DNA from: Promethearchaeota archaeon
Lineage (GTDB): Archaea; Asgardarchaeota; Lokiarchaeia; Sigyniarchaeales; SOKP01
Reading direction: 5' to 3'
NCBI GenBank assembly: GCA_048939995.1
Contig: JBHLOY010000003.1
Location: 32,001 to 96,000, forward strand
DNA: 64,000 bases
In this document: positions 11,201 to 20,552 of the stretch, piece after piece
Position numbering within the stretch: the stretch's first letter is position 1
Layout of the letters: every line of letters starts with the position of its first letter
The notes under the pieces: model-generated
Told to the model about the DNA's origin: nothing
Seen by the model: the letters and a program-made list of their open reading frames with translations, nothing else
The model's database searches: none
Translations under genes and position numbers: made by a program

Positions 11201-12969
11201 ATAGATATCTCAAAAGATTCCCCTGATTTATAAATCCGACCACCTGGGGGATCAAGAACAGTAAATTCAGTATCAGCAACAATTGTAAAAAAGTAATCTA
11301 AGAATCCTGCAGCAGTATTATTATTCCAAATCATTTGAGCTTTAAATACACCATAATCCCTTGCATCTACAGAAATATCCCACGTAGAAACTGAAAATAC
11401 TGTATTTGGTGCTCCAGTTGAGATATCAAGGACATTTGTATGATTCATCTCACGTAGTATAGGGCTATAAACACTTATATTTAGTACTCCATTTGAGATA
11501 ACTTCACTAAATGTGCCTCGGAATTCTACATTGTTTGAAAAATTAACTATTTGTCTTTGAATACCGCTTACATATGTATTTATTGAAGAGAGCAAATTTG
11601 TAGAATTTGCCAACAAATACCAATTACTCCCATTTCCTGCATTCAGGACTTGAACATAGCGATAACCGTTTTTGGTGAAATCCTTATTAATATCCGCACT
11701 TAACCATTCAGACGTATCATTAAATACTTTTATTGAATTTGAAAGCCATGTTTTAGGAATAGTAAAATTAATAGTATTGAAATCTGTAACTCGTGAGTCA
11801 AAATAATTTAATCCTCCTACTACAGAAACATTCCATTGAACATTATCACTACTACTTAGAATCTTAAATATAGAATTAGCTTTTAAATCTATCTTGGTAA
11901 AATTAATTTCTACTCGTATTATGTCGCATGAAACCTCCCACCAATCAGCTGTAACTTCAAAATCTATATTTCCATCAGCGCTACTAAATTTTTGAGTTGA
12001 AGAGTAAAATCCTTGATTACCTATACCGAGATTGTTAACCAATGTTCCGTTAACTTTTAGATTAATCTCAGTAGGTCTTGGTGTGTTATCATTAAGACCA
12101 ACAATTACCTGACTGGAAATGTCTCTGGCTAATGCTTGCCAACCTGCCCCAGAATCACGATAAACTAAATAATTATCAGTAGTTGTTCCAGTCTGATAAT
12201 GATAATATCCTCTTGCAAAATTAAAATTTGTATTTTGATAAAAGTAAATGAAAAATGTATTGTTATACGTATTTGCAGCATCTAAGACTTTATTTAAAGT
12301 AAAATTATACCATTGTCCAGTATGTTCATCAGGGACAGATTGAGTTATATCAATTAATCCAGTATTAGTATGGGGCTCAATTCTTGAATCAATTGAATCG
12401 TATGTTGCATTAAATATAAGAATCTTAATATCAACACTTCCTCCAGAACCCCCTGATTCAGAGAGATATATTGAAAAATTCTGAATTATACAAGTATTTC
12501 TTATTGTGAATGAGTATGCGAATAAATCTGTTGAGATTTGATCACTAGAAGATGTAGCTAATTCTAAATTAAGTGTTTTATTGGGAGCATTAATATTATT
12601 AATGGAAATATTCACAAAGGATGTTTCATATCCAGCAAATAAAGGAAATGGTTCTGTGAAACTGTTTGAAACGTCTAAATTACTGAATTGTTTTGTTGCT
12701 GTATCAATTAGAGATTGATGCAACGTTATATTTATTTGTTCCCCAATTCCATTGAAATCTTGTGGTTCAGCTGATCTCGGTAGTGGTTCGTCAAATTTTT
12801 CATCATCTCCTAAAACTTCACTTTTTACATTATTGTTGTATCCATTCCTATTTAAACCTGTTATTAGAAAATGATTTCCAATAGTTGAAGTAATCGCTCC
12901 AAAAGTCAAAAGAAGAAGGGCTAAAATTCTTTTTGTTTTATAAAAATTAGACTTTCTCATGTTTATCAA
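8266..12969 (-). CDS. Large single-pass cell-surface glycoprotein: signal peptide, ~1100-aa beta-rich ectodomain, one TM helix, cytoplasmic longin-like domain and helical-repeat tail
   Basis: Basic then hydrophobic N-terminus; many N-x-S/T sequons; TM FLPYIIIGAVILVGIAGSVAVY followed by basic RKREK; IDPELIGGFLTAVSSF longin-like motif; TPR/MIT-like C-terminal helices. Confidence 0.75.
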   Translation of the reverse strand: MINMRKSNFYKTKRILALLLLTFGAITSTIGNHFLITGLNRNGYNNNVKSEVLGDDEKFDEPLPRSAEPQDFNGIGEQINITLHQSLIDTATKQFSNLDVSNSFTEPFPLFAGYETSFVNISINNINAPNKTLNLELATSSSDQISTDLFAYSFTIRNTCIIQNFSIYLSESGGSGGSVDIKILIFNATYDSIDSRIEPHTNTGLIDITQSVPDEHTGQWYNFTLNKVLDAANTYNNTFFIYFYQNTNFNFARGYYHYQTGTTTDNYLVYRDSGAGWQALARDISSQVIVGLNDNTPRPTEINLKVNGTLVNNLGIGNQGFYSSTQKFSSADGNIDFEVTADWWEVSCDIIRVEINFTKIDLKANSIFKILSSSDNVQWNVSVVGGLNYFDSRVTDFNTINFTIPKTWLSNSIKVFNDTSEWLSADINKDFTKNGYRYVQVLNAGNGSNWYLLANSTNLLSSINTYVSGIQRQIVNFSNNVEFRGTFSEVISNGVLNISVYSPILREMNHTNVLDISTGAPNTVFSVSTWDISVDARDYGVFKAQMIWNNNTAAGFLDYFFTIVADTEFTVLDPPGGRIYKSGESFEISIQYRDIIKPEGLSDATIEYSLNGTYKSKNVAYLGSGIYNITIYVDDPDFTKFGYITIPIRASKQFYVNLTTSFMFHRQITTIITPGNSADLGDVIRGQNVSYTFNYADTLTNPITEASWSVVGSSYGFDSFLKNEGGGGYTMHLDTDNVNVAGSPYFFTFEIYSIGNETQIIQLRVNVQIITTRIESTSWIPNIPRNSGLNQTFQFYFNDTTNDQGIQNLISSDIIVRNNATGSIWTPGWNLINPLNDGWYILNISLANRNAGWYTLQVNASKFPNYDYDISYLTFYIRGNFSLINFKSYSDPGGILDPTGPGYNFTIFEGSNTIIEFNVTDTENNDHLVSTLGDSYIVRYRNLNTGTRGLIASSFQIVTQNHQGSLTTSNPALTIGNYAINITMSKLNYENVTFTYYLTVKGKFQANLTLFRPTSVDAGRQFEIVIKAEYFNGTVWLPIVNSSLTVTPYYNNIAGTPLGPYTTNSTGERSFIILTNIDTRTLNLTILLTSGYYHQEYSVEISDIVIIPPPGITDFLPYIIIGAVILVGIAGSVAVYKGIVTPRKREKARILSEVKTVFDDAINLEHIVVLYKETGTCIFFKSYGSEQIDPELIGGFLTAVSSFGKEMVAQEALNEISYGDKMLLLADGQYIRVALVLSKKASLILRRNLKQFIDAFEKTYADVLPSWRGQLMHFRNAGQIVDDILSTSIILPHQITYDYSGVKDLKNPHSREVLKIAHSCCEETERQFFFVATLLKEASEKTNKDTAEIFMGVKELRDKKMLVPIEISSLEVQPISQQEINLINQRISQLTTLSSEERQSLVNNLAQMGPAEREAYLSSITEKQKIVSAPIMSKVGTIEIASKKQARNGTKELFNRANKAKSKKNYQKAIELYQEAAMIASNWELSKEFIKLEEIVRKTRIVELTAKKKELENEAKLFIKKKNYQEVAQKYKYASKLASEIFKLGDTNMTKEVKRLTNKANEYEKLK

Positions 12970-13135
12970 ATGTTAATTTCTAATTTTATAATTTTGCATT
13001 AAGTACTTAAAAATAATAATCTTGAAATATCAATTTATATTTTCTTATTTTCCCCTTTTTGCTTTTGTAATATTACAAAATTATTTGATCTAGATTATGT
13101 TCATTAAAAATAAGAATTATTTAAAAAAATAGAAA

Positions 13136-13834
13136 CTATTCTTTATTTTCTGGTTTTTTTAGGATGATTCTAGCATCTACGCAAACTAAACCTTTATTGT
13201 AGATAAAAACAGGATTTAAGTCCATTTCATTTATGTCTTCATATTTTGTGACAAGTTCCGATATCTTCAGTAGAGTTTCGACAATGGCATTCAAATCTGC
13301 TTTTGGTTTACCGCGATATCCATCTAAAAGTGGAAATCCCTTGATTTCATGTATCATTTCTTTTGCATCATATTCAGTTATAGGAGCAATACGAAAACTC
13401 ACATCCTCTAAAAGCTCAACTAATATCCCCCCTACTCCAAACATGACATATGGACCAAATTGAGCATCTGTTCCCATTCCTATTATTAATTCAGTAATGG
13501 GTTCATTTGCCATCTTCTGAACAGAGATTAGTTTTTGTTTTTGGGAAGGAATATTCATTAATTCATCAAAAGATTTCTTAAGTTCTGCCTCATTTTTAAT
13601 ATTGAGTTTTACAGCTCCTGTGTCAGATTTATGAATAATGTCTTCTGCCATCAACTTCAAAACAACAGGAAAGCCTATCTCTTCAGCAGCAGAAATAGTT
13701 TCCTTTTCTGAAGATGTTAAACGTTGCTCAGGTATTGCAATTCCCAGTTCTTTTAACAACTCTTTAGATTCAAATTCCGTAAGAGCAGTTTGATTAACTT
13801 GGAGTTTGTTATTTAAAAACTCTTGAATGTTCAT
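13136..13834 (-). CDS. Acetate/acyl-CoA ligase (ADP-forming) beta subunit, ATP-grasp
   Basis: GFPVVLK, HKSDxGxV, ELIIG, FGPxVMFGxGG, EMDLNP, VDAR. Confidence 0.92.
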   Translation of the reverse strand: MNIQEFLNNKLQVNQTALTEFESKELLKELGIAIPEQRLTSSEKETISAAEEIGFPVVLKLMAEDIIHKSDTGAVKLNIKNEAELKKSFDELMNIPSQKQKLISVQKMANEPITELIIGMGTDAQFGPYVMFGVGGILVELLEDVSFRIAPITEYDAKEMIHEIKGFPLLDGYRGKPKADLNAIVETLLKISELVTKYEDINEMDLNPVFIYNKGLVCVDARIILKKPENKE

Positions 13835-13968
13835 TAAAATTATCTCTTCAATAATTAGGAATATAGAAGTTTAATGTGAATTAAAATTTTAAAAACAATA
13901 TAAAATTAATGAAAAGAATTAAAAAAAAGTAATTTATTATATTTTTAATTAAAAGTAAATCCAGAACT

Positions 13969-15057
13969 ATGTCCAAAGAAGAAAATATAAGAATTCTACT
14001 AAAGAATTTTGTTGAAACTCAAATTGACTTACAAGTTGCATTTTTATATTCAAATCAAGGTCTTTTAATATCTAAATATAGTAATATAGAAAAAGAGGTA
14101 AATAATGAAAAAGATTTTGATGAAATTTATGGAGCGTTAACTGTTCTGGTCGAGAGACTTTTAAGCAAAATATCCTCCGAGTATAAAGTAGCACATTATG
14201 GAAGTGGATCATTTGAAACCCCAGATCATAGAATTGTATATCTAGAAGCCGGTCCTAATGCTATACTATTATTAGTCTGTAATTTTATGATAGATTTAAA
14301 AAAATTATTTCCAATTGCTTATCTTGTGGCTGAAAAAATCGCTCAATTACTAGAAGATAGTTTTGATTCCAGATATAATACCTTAACAATTCCTGATTTA
14401 AAACTCAATGAAAATCTTTCAGTAGGTTTAGATATTTTTGCCAAAGAAGAATCCAATGAGGTAATAAACGGAGTTAAAACGATTCATAGAATAAAAAAGG
14501 AGGGTAAAATAGAACAAAATTTTAAACTTATAGTATTAGGTTCTTATGCTGTTGGAAAAACAACATTAGTTAACACATTTTTAAAAAAAGGACAAATAAT
14601 TGATTATCGCCCTACAATTGGACTTAATATTACTTCGCAGAAATATTATGTACAAGGATTCAAAGATGATGTGATTTCATTTTTAATATTTGATCTTGCT
14701 GGTCAAGATTACTTTAAAAGAGTTAGGCACGAATATTATAGGGCTGCTAATTGTGTTTTTGTAGTTTATGATGTTACTTGTAGGAGTTCATTTGAAGAAG
14801 CTATCAATTTTTGGTATGAAGATGCTCGAGTAGAATTAGGAGATACTCCATTTGTACTTATTGGAAATAAAATAGATTTAGCCGACAAACGAGAAGTCTC
14901 AGAAGAAGAAGGTTTAGATAAAGCTCAGGAACTTAAATGTTCTTTTATTGAGACATCAGCATTATATAATATTAATGTTCAAGATACCTTTAAATTAGTA
15001 GGAATTGGACTTCTTTTTAAACGGTTAGAAAAGGATGAATTATCTCATCAAAATTAG
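13969..15057 (+). CDS. Roadblock/LC7-like domain fused to Rab-like small GTPase
   Basis: N-terminal AFLYSNQGLLI...GPNAILLLV Roadblock pattern; G1 GSYAVGKT, G2 YRPTIG, G3 FDLAGQ, G4 GNKID, G5 ETSA. Confidence 0.85.
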   Translation: MSKEENIRILLKNFVETQIDLQVAFLYSNQGLLISKYSNIEKEVNNEKDFDEIYGALTVLVERLLSKISSEYKVAHYGSGSFETPDHRIVYLEAGPNAILLLVCNFMIDLKKLFPIAYLVAEKIAQLLEDSFDSRYNTLTIPDLKLNENLSVGLDIFAKEESNEVINGVKTIHRIKKEGKIEQNFKLIVLGSYAVGKTTLVNTFLKKGQIIDYRPTIGLNITSQKYYVQGFKDDVISFLIFDLAGQDYFKRVRHEYYRAANCVFVVYDVTCRSSFEEAINFWYEDARVELGDTPFVLIGNKIDLADKREVSEEEGLDKAQELKCSFIETSALYNINVQDTFKLVGIGLLFKRLEKDELSHQN

Positions 15058-15086
15058 AAAAATAAAGAAAAGTTAATAAAACTGTG

Positions 15087-17945
15087 TTATTTTTTCCAAG
15101 CTTTTATTCCTTTTTTCTTTCTTAGTCTCCATTTACGAAGTTCATCTACGACAAATACACTAAATGCTCCAAGAAATAAAGCAATCCAATAGAAAGGATG
15201 AAAAAGCGGAACGACATGAAATGCTAATCCAATGGGGGTATAGAGAATTAATAATTGTAATCCAAGAGATAGTCCAGTAGCCCAAAATAGATGCTTGTTT
15301 GGAAAGAGGTAGAATGGCTTTATATTTGAGGTACATGAATAGACAAAAATTAATTCACAAATAACAAGATTTGTAAATAAGATTGTTTGAGCTAAGGCAA
15401 CTGCATATTCTTCGGCGCTTAGAACTTGTCCAAAGATTGTAATTCCATCGGTTAATGCAAGATCTACTCCACCATAAGTCCACGCAGGGATCAACCATCC
15501 CCATAATACTAAGTATAATGTGATATCTGTTATTGAAGTATAAATACCAAGAAGGAGTACTGGCCCTTTAATTTCTGGAAGCAAAGTAAAACCCTTACGT
15601 GGCTTTTCTTTCATGACATCTGGATCTGTCGGAGTAAGTCCAAGTACCATAGCGGGAATCCCATCTGTGGCTATATTGAGCCACAGAATCTGTATTGGAA
15701 CGACAGGTATTGCCAAAAATACGAGTGGGAAAACCTTCATTACAATATAAGCTGCTAGAATTAAGAATATTTCATCAAAATTAGTGCTTAACATATAACG
15801 GAAAAATCCTTTTGTAGTTTCAAAAATACCCCGCCCCTCTTCAATGGCATTTACTATAGTAGCATAATTATCATCTATTAGTATCATATCAGAAGCTTCC
15901 TGTGTAACCTCTGTTCCTTTAAGCCCCATAGCTACACCTACATGAGCACCTTTAACCGCCGGTGCATCGTTTACACCATCTCCAGTCATAGAAACTATTA
16001 GACCCAAATCTTTTAATCTTCTTAATATCCTTAATTTATGGGCAGAAGTGACCCTTGCGAAAATATCTACAGTTTTAACTTTCTCTAGTAGTTCTTCATC
16101 GCCCATTTCCTCTAAATCAGTTCCAGTTATGGCTTCCTCTGTATCAGTTAATCCTATTTGTTGAGCAATTGCAATTGCAGTAATTTTATGATCACCAGTA
16201 ATCATAATAGTTCGTATTCCTGCCATTCTAGCTTCTTGTATTGAATCCTTTACTTCATCCCGTGCAGGATCTATAATTCCCACTAAACCAAGATAAATAT
16301 AATCTTGTTCTAAATCCTCTTCCTTATACTCTTCGCTTATTGGTTTATAGGCTACACCCAATACTCTCAAAGCATTCTTAGCAAATTCTTCATTTTTTTC
16401 TAAAATCATCTCTTTGACCTCTGCAATTGGTTTTATTCCTCCGTTATAGACCCCATGGCTAGCATTTTTTAATAAAACGTCTGGAGCACCTTTAATCAAC
16501 GAATAAAGCTTATTATTCATCCGTACTGCCACTGACATCATTTTTCTATCTGAATTAAAGGGTATCTCATCGATTTTCTCAGCATTAGATTCTAGGTTCA
16601 TTTTCATAGCTAAAATTTTCATAGAAATCTCAGTAGGATCTCCAACTACATCTGTATTTTTCGTCCCATCTTTTCTGAGAGAAACATTAGAGTTATTACA
16701 AAACATACAAACTTCTAAGAATCTGCGTAAACTTTCACTCAATTCTACTTTTTTATTTTCATTATCAACTATTTCTCCCTCTAGAGTATAACCAACGCCC
16801 TCTACAGAATAAATTTGACCTCCAACAAAGATTTTTACTACCGTCATTTCATTTTTGGTTAAAGTTCCTGTCTTATCTGAACAGATTACATTTACTCTGC
16901 CTAAAGTTTCTACAGCAGTGAGTTTTCTAACTAATGCATTTCGATCTGCCATCTTTCTCATCCCAATACTCATGACTACGGTAATAACAACTATAAGACC
17001 TTCAGGTACAGCAGATACTGCTAGACTAATTGCGATCTCAAATGCTTCAATAATTTCATTAATTTCAGCTTCTCCAAATGCAAATCCTTCTGTAGCAAGG
17101 ATAATTATTAATTCAGTCACAAACACAGCTAAACAGATGACGATAATTATTATTCCTAAGAGCTTTCCAAATCTGTTGACCTCTTGTTGGAAAGGACTAA
17201 GTTCAATCTCTTCTTCTTGTAAACTTTCAGCAATTTTTCCTATTTCAGTTTGCATTCCAGTTCCAATAACAATACCTTCTCCATTTCCCCTTGTAATTAT
17301 AGTATTCATGTACCCAAGGTTGGTTCTATCAGCAAGAATCATTTTCTTTTCGACAGGATCTATTTGTTTTTTAACTGGTTTTGATTCACCTGTTAATATT
17401 GCCTCATCTACATATAGAGAAAATTCCTTATATATGCGAATATCAGCAGGAAATTTATCTCCTTCTTCTACTAATACAATATCTCCAGGAACTAAATTTT
17501 CAACGTCAATCTCCATAACTCTACCATTTCTTCTTACTTTAGCGATATGTGGCGCTAATTTCTTCAAACTTTCAAGAGCTCTTTCGGCTTGAAATTCTTG
17601 ATAGAACCCAAGTATTGCATTCACAATTAGTATCGCAGCAATTACGATTGCATCAGTATATTCTGATGACCAAGGTTCACCACTTGTAGACGCTTCATAT
17701 ATACCTATAATGACTGAAACGATAATTGCAAAAAATAATAGATAGATTAAGAAATCCTTAAACTGACTGATAAAAATTTGCCAAGCAGTCTTTCCTTTCT
17801 CTTTAATCAGTTCATTTCTACCATAGACTTCAAGTCTTTTCTGAGCTTCAATTTCATTTAAACCCTTTTCGATGGACGTTCGTACTACTTGCTCAGTCTC
17901 TTCAGTACTAATGGCGTGTGGGTTAAAATCCTTTAGTTCAAGCAT
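15087..17945 (-). CDS. P-type ATPase, type IIA (Ca2+-transporting, SERCA-like)
   Basis: TGES, PEGL, CSDKTGTLT, KGAPD, MITGD, TGDGVNDAPA. Confidence 0.95.
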   Translation of the reverse strand: MLELKDFNPHAISTEETEQVVRTSIEKGLNEIEAQKRLEVYGRNELIKEKGKTAWQIFISQFKDFLIYLLFFAIIVSVIIGIYEASTSGEPWSSEYTDAIVIAAILIVNAILGFYQEFQAERALESLKKLAPHIAKVRRNGRVMEIDVENLVPGDIVLVEEGDKFPADIRIYKEFSLYVDEAILTGESKPVKKQIDPVEKKMILADRTNLGYMNTIITRGNGEGIVIGTGMQTEIGKIAESLQEEEIELSPFQQEVNRFGKLLGIIIIVICLAVFVTELIIILATEGFAFGEAEINEIIEAFEIAISLAVSAVPEGLIVVITVVMSIGMRKMADRNALVRKLTAVETLGRVNVICSDKTGTLTKNEMTVVKIFVGGQIYSVEGVGYTLEGEIVDNENKKVELSESLRRFLEVCMFCNNSNVSLRKDGTKNTDVVGDPTEISMKILAMKMNLESNAEKIDEIPFNSDRKMMSVAVRMNNKLYSLIKGAPDVLLKNASHGVYNGGIKPIAEVKEMILEKNEEFAKNALRVLGVAYKPISEEYKEEDLEQDYIYLGLVGIIDPARDEVKDSIQEARMAGIRTIMITGDHKITAIAIAQQIGLTDTEEAITGTDLEEMGDEELLEKVKTVDIFARVTSAHKLRILRRLKDLGLIVSMTGDGVNDAPAVKGAHVGVAMGLKGTEVTQEASDMILIDDNYATIVNAIEEGRGIFETTKGFFRYMLSTNFDEIFLILAAYIVMKVFPLVFLAIPVVPIQILWLNIATDGIPAMVLGLTPTDPDVMKEKPRKGFTLLPEIKGPVLLLGIYTSITDITLYLVLWGWLIPAWTYGGVDLALTDGITIFGQVLSAEEYAVALAQTILFTNLVICELIFVYSCTSNIKPFYLFPNKHLFWATGLSLGLQLLILYTPIGLAFHVVPLFHPFYWIALFLGAFSVFVVDELRKWRLRKKKGIKAWKK

Positions 17946-18114
17946 TTTAAAATCATTTTTTATATTTTTTAGAAAGTAATATTAGATTATAAAATAAATA
18001 TTCTCAAAAAACTTTAGTTTTTCATTTATAACTTATAAAATTGAATACCTAAAAAAGTATTCTGTGGGATTGATGATGGATAATTCTATAACGAATATAT
18101 TCAAATTTGAATGC

Positions 18115-18741
18115 TTAGTTTTTAATTTTTTGTACTAACTCAGATATTCTTTTTCCTAAATCTTTCGCAATTACACCAGCCAGCTCATCAGTTTCACCTT
18201 TAGCTAAGAATTCTTTTAAATTATATTTTTGTAAGCTTGAGATAGGGATATTTCCCTCAATTACGGGAGAACCTAAAGTGTTACCCACTACAATCATACC
18301 CTGGATAAGAGCAAAGTTAATTAAATCTGAAATTACCCCTTCTCCTCCATTCCTTAGACCAGTAGACGCTAACGGTGCAAATATTACATCCTTTAAAAGA
18401 TAATTCTTCATTTTCCATGGTCGTGATCTATCAATTAACACTTTTATTTGAGAACTAACTGAACCAAAATAATTTGGTGCTGCGATTAACAGGGCTACTG
18501 ATCCTAAAATTTTTTCTTCTAGCTTTATCATATCATCTTTTTCTGAAAGTGGACAGTCATTAGGTGGTCTTAAACATTGATCGCATCCATTGCAAGGGGT
18601 TATTTCATAATCCGATATTTGAATTTTTTCAATTTGAAAATTATAAGGGGTTGAATTAATACCATCTATAGCTTGGTCAATTAAAAAATTACAACTTTTA
18701 TTTTTACGTGGTGATCCTACTATAAGGCAAAGTTTATCCAT
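18115..18741 (-). CDS. Iron-sulfur flavoprotein / multimeric flavodoxin
   Basis: GSPR FMN loop, CxxCxxC..C cluster motif, APNYFG. Confidence 0.88.
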   Translation of the reverse strand: MDKLCLIVGSPRKNKSCNFLIDQAIDGINSTPYNFQIEKIQISDYEITPCNGCDQCLRPPNDCPLSEKDDMIKLEEKILGSVALLIAAPNYFGSVSSQIKVLIDRSRPWKMKNYLLKDVIFAPLASTGLRNGGEGVISDLINFALIQGMIVVGNTLGSPVIEGNIPISSLQKYNLKEFLAKGETDELAGVIAKDLGKRISELVQKIKN

Positions 18742-18808
18742 TTTTGCTCTCCTCTTTTAGTATCTTTAGAATTATGTGAGTGTAAAATGAGAATTAAAAT
18801 ATATATTT

Positions 18809-18826
18809 AATGTGGAATATCACATT
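18809..18826. promoter_or_regulatory. Inverted repeat AATGTG-N6-CACATT, candidate operator in divergent intergenic region
   Basis: Perfect 6-bp arms between the divergent flavoprotein and PCI-like genes, next to a TATA-like ATATATTTAA. Confidence 0.4.
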
Positions 18827-18889
18827 TAAATTTGTAATTGCCTTAATTAAATTTAATAAGAATATATAACATCTTTCTTGTAAAGATAC

Positions 18890-19624
18890 ATGAGCTTTAA
18901 AGATAAGCTTAAAGAATTTAAACATAAAAATGATTTAACAGAAGAACTACAAGAATATAAATCAATGATTTCAAAGAAGACTGAACATAGCGAGTTTAAA
19001 TATGCTTTAAATAAGGTTGAATCTGCTATAACTTTAATCAAAGAAAATCAACAAATTATCAATCTGGATGCAGAACTTTCGGAATTTTACAATCTGCGAG
19101 AAAATATTATAATTGAAATAGAAAAACATCAAAAATTTTATCAAAGGCGTTATCAAAATTTATTAAAAGAAACCCTGACAGAGTATAATCTGGAGAATTT
19201 TTTAAAATTATTAGCAATGTTAAAAGATGAAGTTGATGAAAATATAAATAACTACAATCTATATGAATTATCTGATAAAATTGACCGATGTTTCGTATTT
19301 TTAAAGAGGTTGTATACTATTATTAGTTCTTATAAGATTTTGAATTATAGAGGTGCTTCAAGTAAGATATTGGAATTTGTTAGATTGATTAAAAACGAAA
19401 ATTATCCCAATATTAAGGCATTAATTTTTCTTATTTATCAAAATTTACTTAATCAGCAAATCTATACTTTTGCAAAAAAATATCCAAAAATATCCATCAC
19501 AGAATTATCTGAAAGATTAGCAATTAACCAAGAAAGTCTAACTGACGTCTTAGATATAATAATGAAAAATCCTGATTGTCCAATTAAAAAGTATAATACT
19601 TATACTCAGGAAGTTATTTTCTGA
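18890..19624 (+). CDS. Helical protein with C-terminal PCI-like winged helix
   Basis: All-alpha N-terminal part; C-terminal YPKISITELSERLAI...LDII...KYNTYTQEVIF resembles a PCI winged-helix end. Confidence 0.55.
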   Translation: MSFKDKLKEFKHKNDLTEELQEYKSMISKKTEHSEFKYALNKVESAITLIKENQQIINLDAELSEFYNLRENIIIEIEKHQKFYQRRYQNLLKETLTEYNLENFLKLLAMLKDEVDENINNYNLYELSDKIDRCFVFLKRLYTIISSYKILNYRGASSKILEFVRLIKNENYPNIKALIFLIYQNLLNQQIYTFAKKYPKISITELSERLAINQESLTDVLDIIMKNPDCPIKKYNTYTQEVIF

Positions 19625-19625
19625 T

Positions 19626-20540
19626 TTATAAACCGCGATAAAATTCAGGTCTAAGTATTTTGGGATGAGTTAACCCATAATTTATTGTATTTAAGATATT
19701 TTCTTTCTCTCTCTCTAAGATGCCCTTTATTGGCAAGAAATTACTTGCGTGGTTACTCCTAAACACACAATTTGCATTTTTATTCTGAAATTTGATGTTT
19801 TTTATGAATAATTTTAATTCTTCGAGGATCTCAGTAGAATTCATTTCTTTAAATTGGCCTTTACTTTTCTTGTCGTATATAACAGTTCCGGGAGGAATCA
19901 TAAGGGTTAGGAATGCTATATACCATATCCTATCATCTGATGGGCAGATTCTGTTTACCAAATCAGCAGAATCAACTGCATGTCCCTTTGAAATCCTAGG
20001 ATTGCCTGAACCTCCAAGTCCATTAATAAATGTTGCGGATAATGTAATATTCGCATCCATTAGTTTTTGTGATGCTTTAATATAATCTTCTTTGGTTGCA
20101 TGCTTATTAATCTCCTCTAATAAGAGATCATATCCTGATTCAAAACCTACATAAGCAATTTTTAAACCCGCATCAGATAATAACTTTAGTTGAGCATTAG
20201 ACTTTTTTAGAATATCTTGCGCATGAGCATATACTCCTATTCTTTCTAAATTTGGAAAAGCTTCCATTGCATATCTAGTAAGCTCTAATAGTTTCTCTGT
20301 TGGCGTAACCATTGCATTTCCATCTAAATAAAAAATTTTACGAATGAAAGATCCATATTGTTTCTTTGCAATATCCAAGTCTTTCTTGACATCTTCCACT
20401 TTTCTAACTTTAAAATCTTTCCGCAAATTTGAGACACAGAAATCACAGCGATATGTGCATCCCTCTGTTAGTTGAATTAATAAGGAATTAGCTTCACTAG
20501 GTGGCCGAAAAACAGGTTGACAGTAATATATCTTTTCCAT
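19626..20540 (-). CDS. Radical SAM protein
   Basis: RPPSEAxS, CTYRCDFC (CxxxCxxC), GFESG, SNHASN. Confidence 0.9.
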   Translation of the reverse strand: MEKIYYCQPVFRPPSEANSLLIQLTEGCTYRCDFCVSNLRKDFKVRKVEDVKKDLDIAKKQYGSFIRKIFYLDGNAMVTPTEKLLELTRYAMEAFPNLERIGVYAHAQDILKKSNAQLKLLSDAGLKIAYVGFESGYDLLLEEINKHATKEDYIKASQKLMDANITLSATFINGLGGSGNPRISKGHAVDSADLVNRICPSDDRIWYIAFLTLMIPPGTVIYDKKSKGQFKEMNSTEILEELKLFIKNIKFQNKNANCVFRSNHASNFLPIKGILEREKENILNTINYGLTHPKILRPEFYRGL

Positions 20541-20552
20541 ATTATCTCTAAT

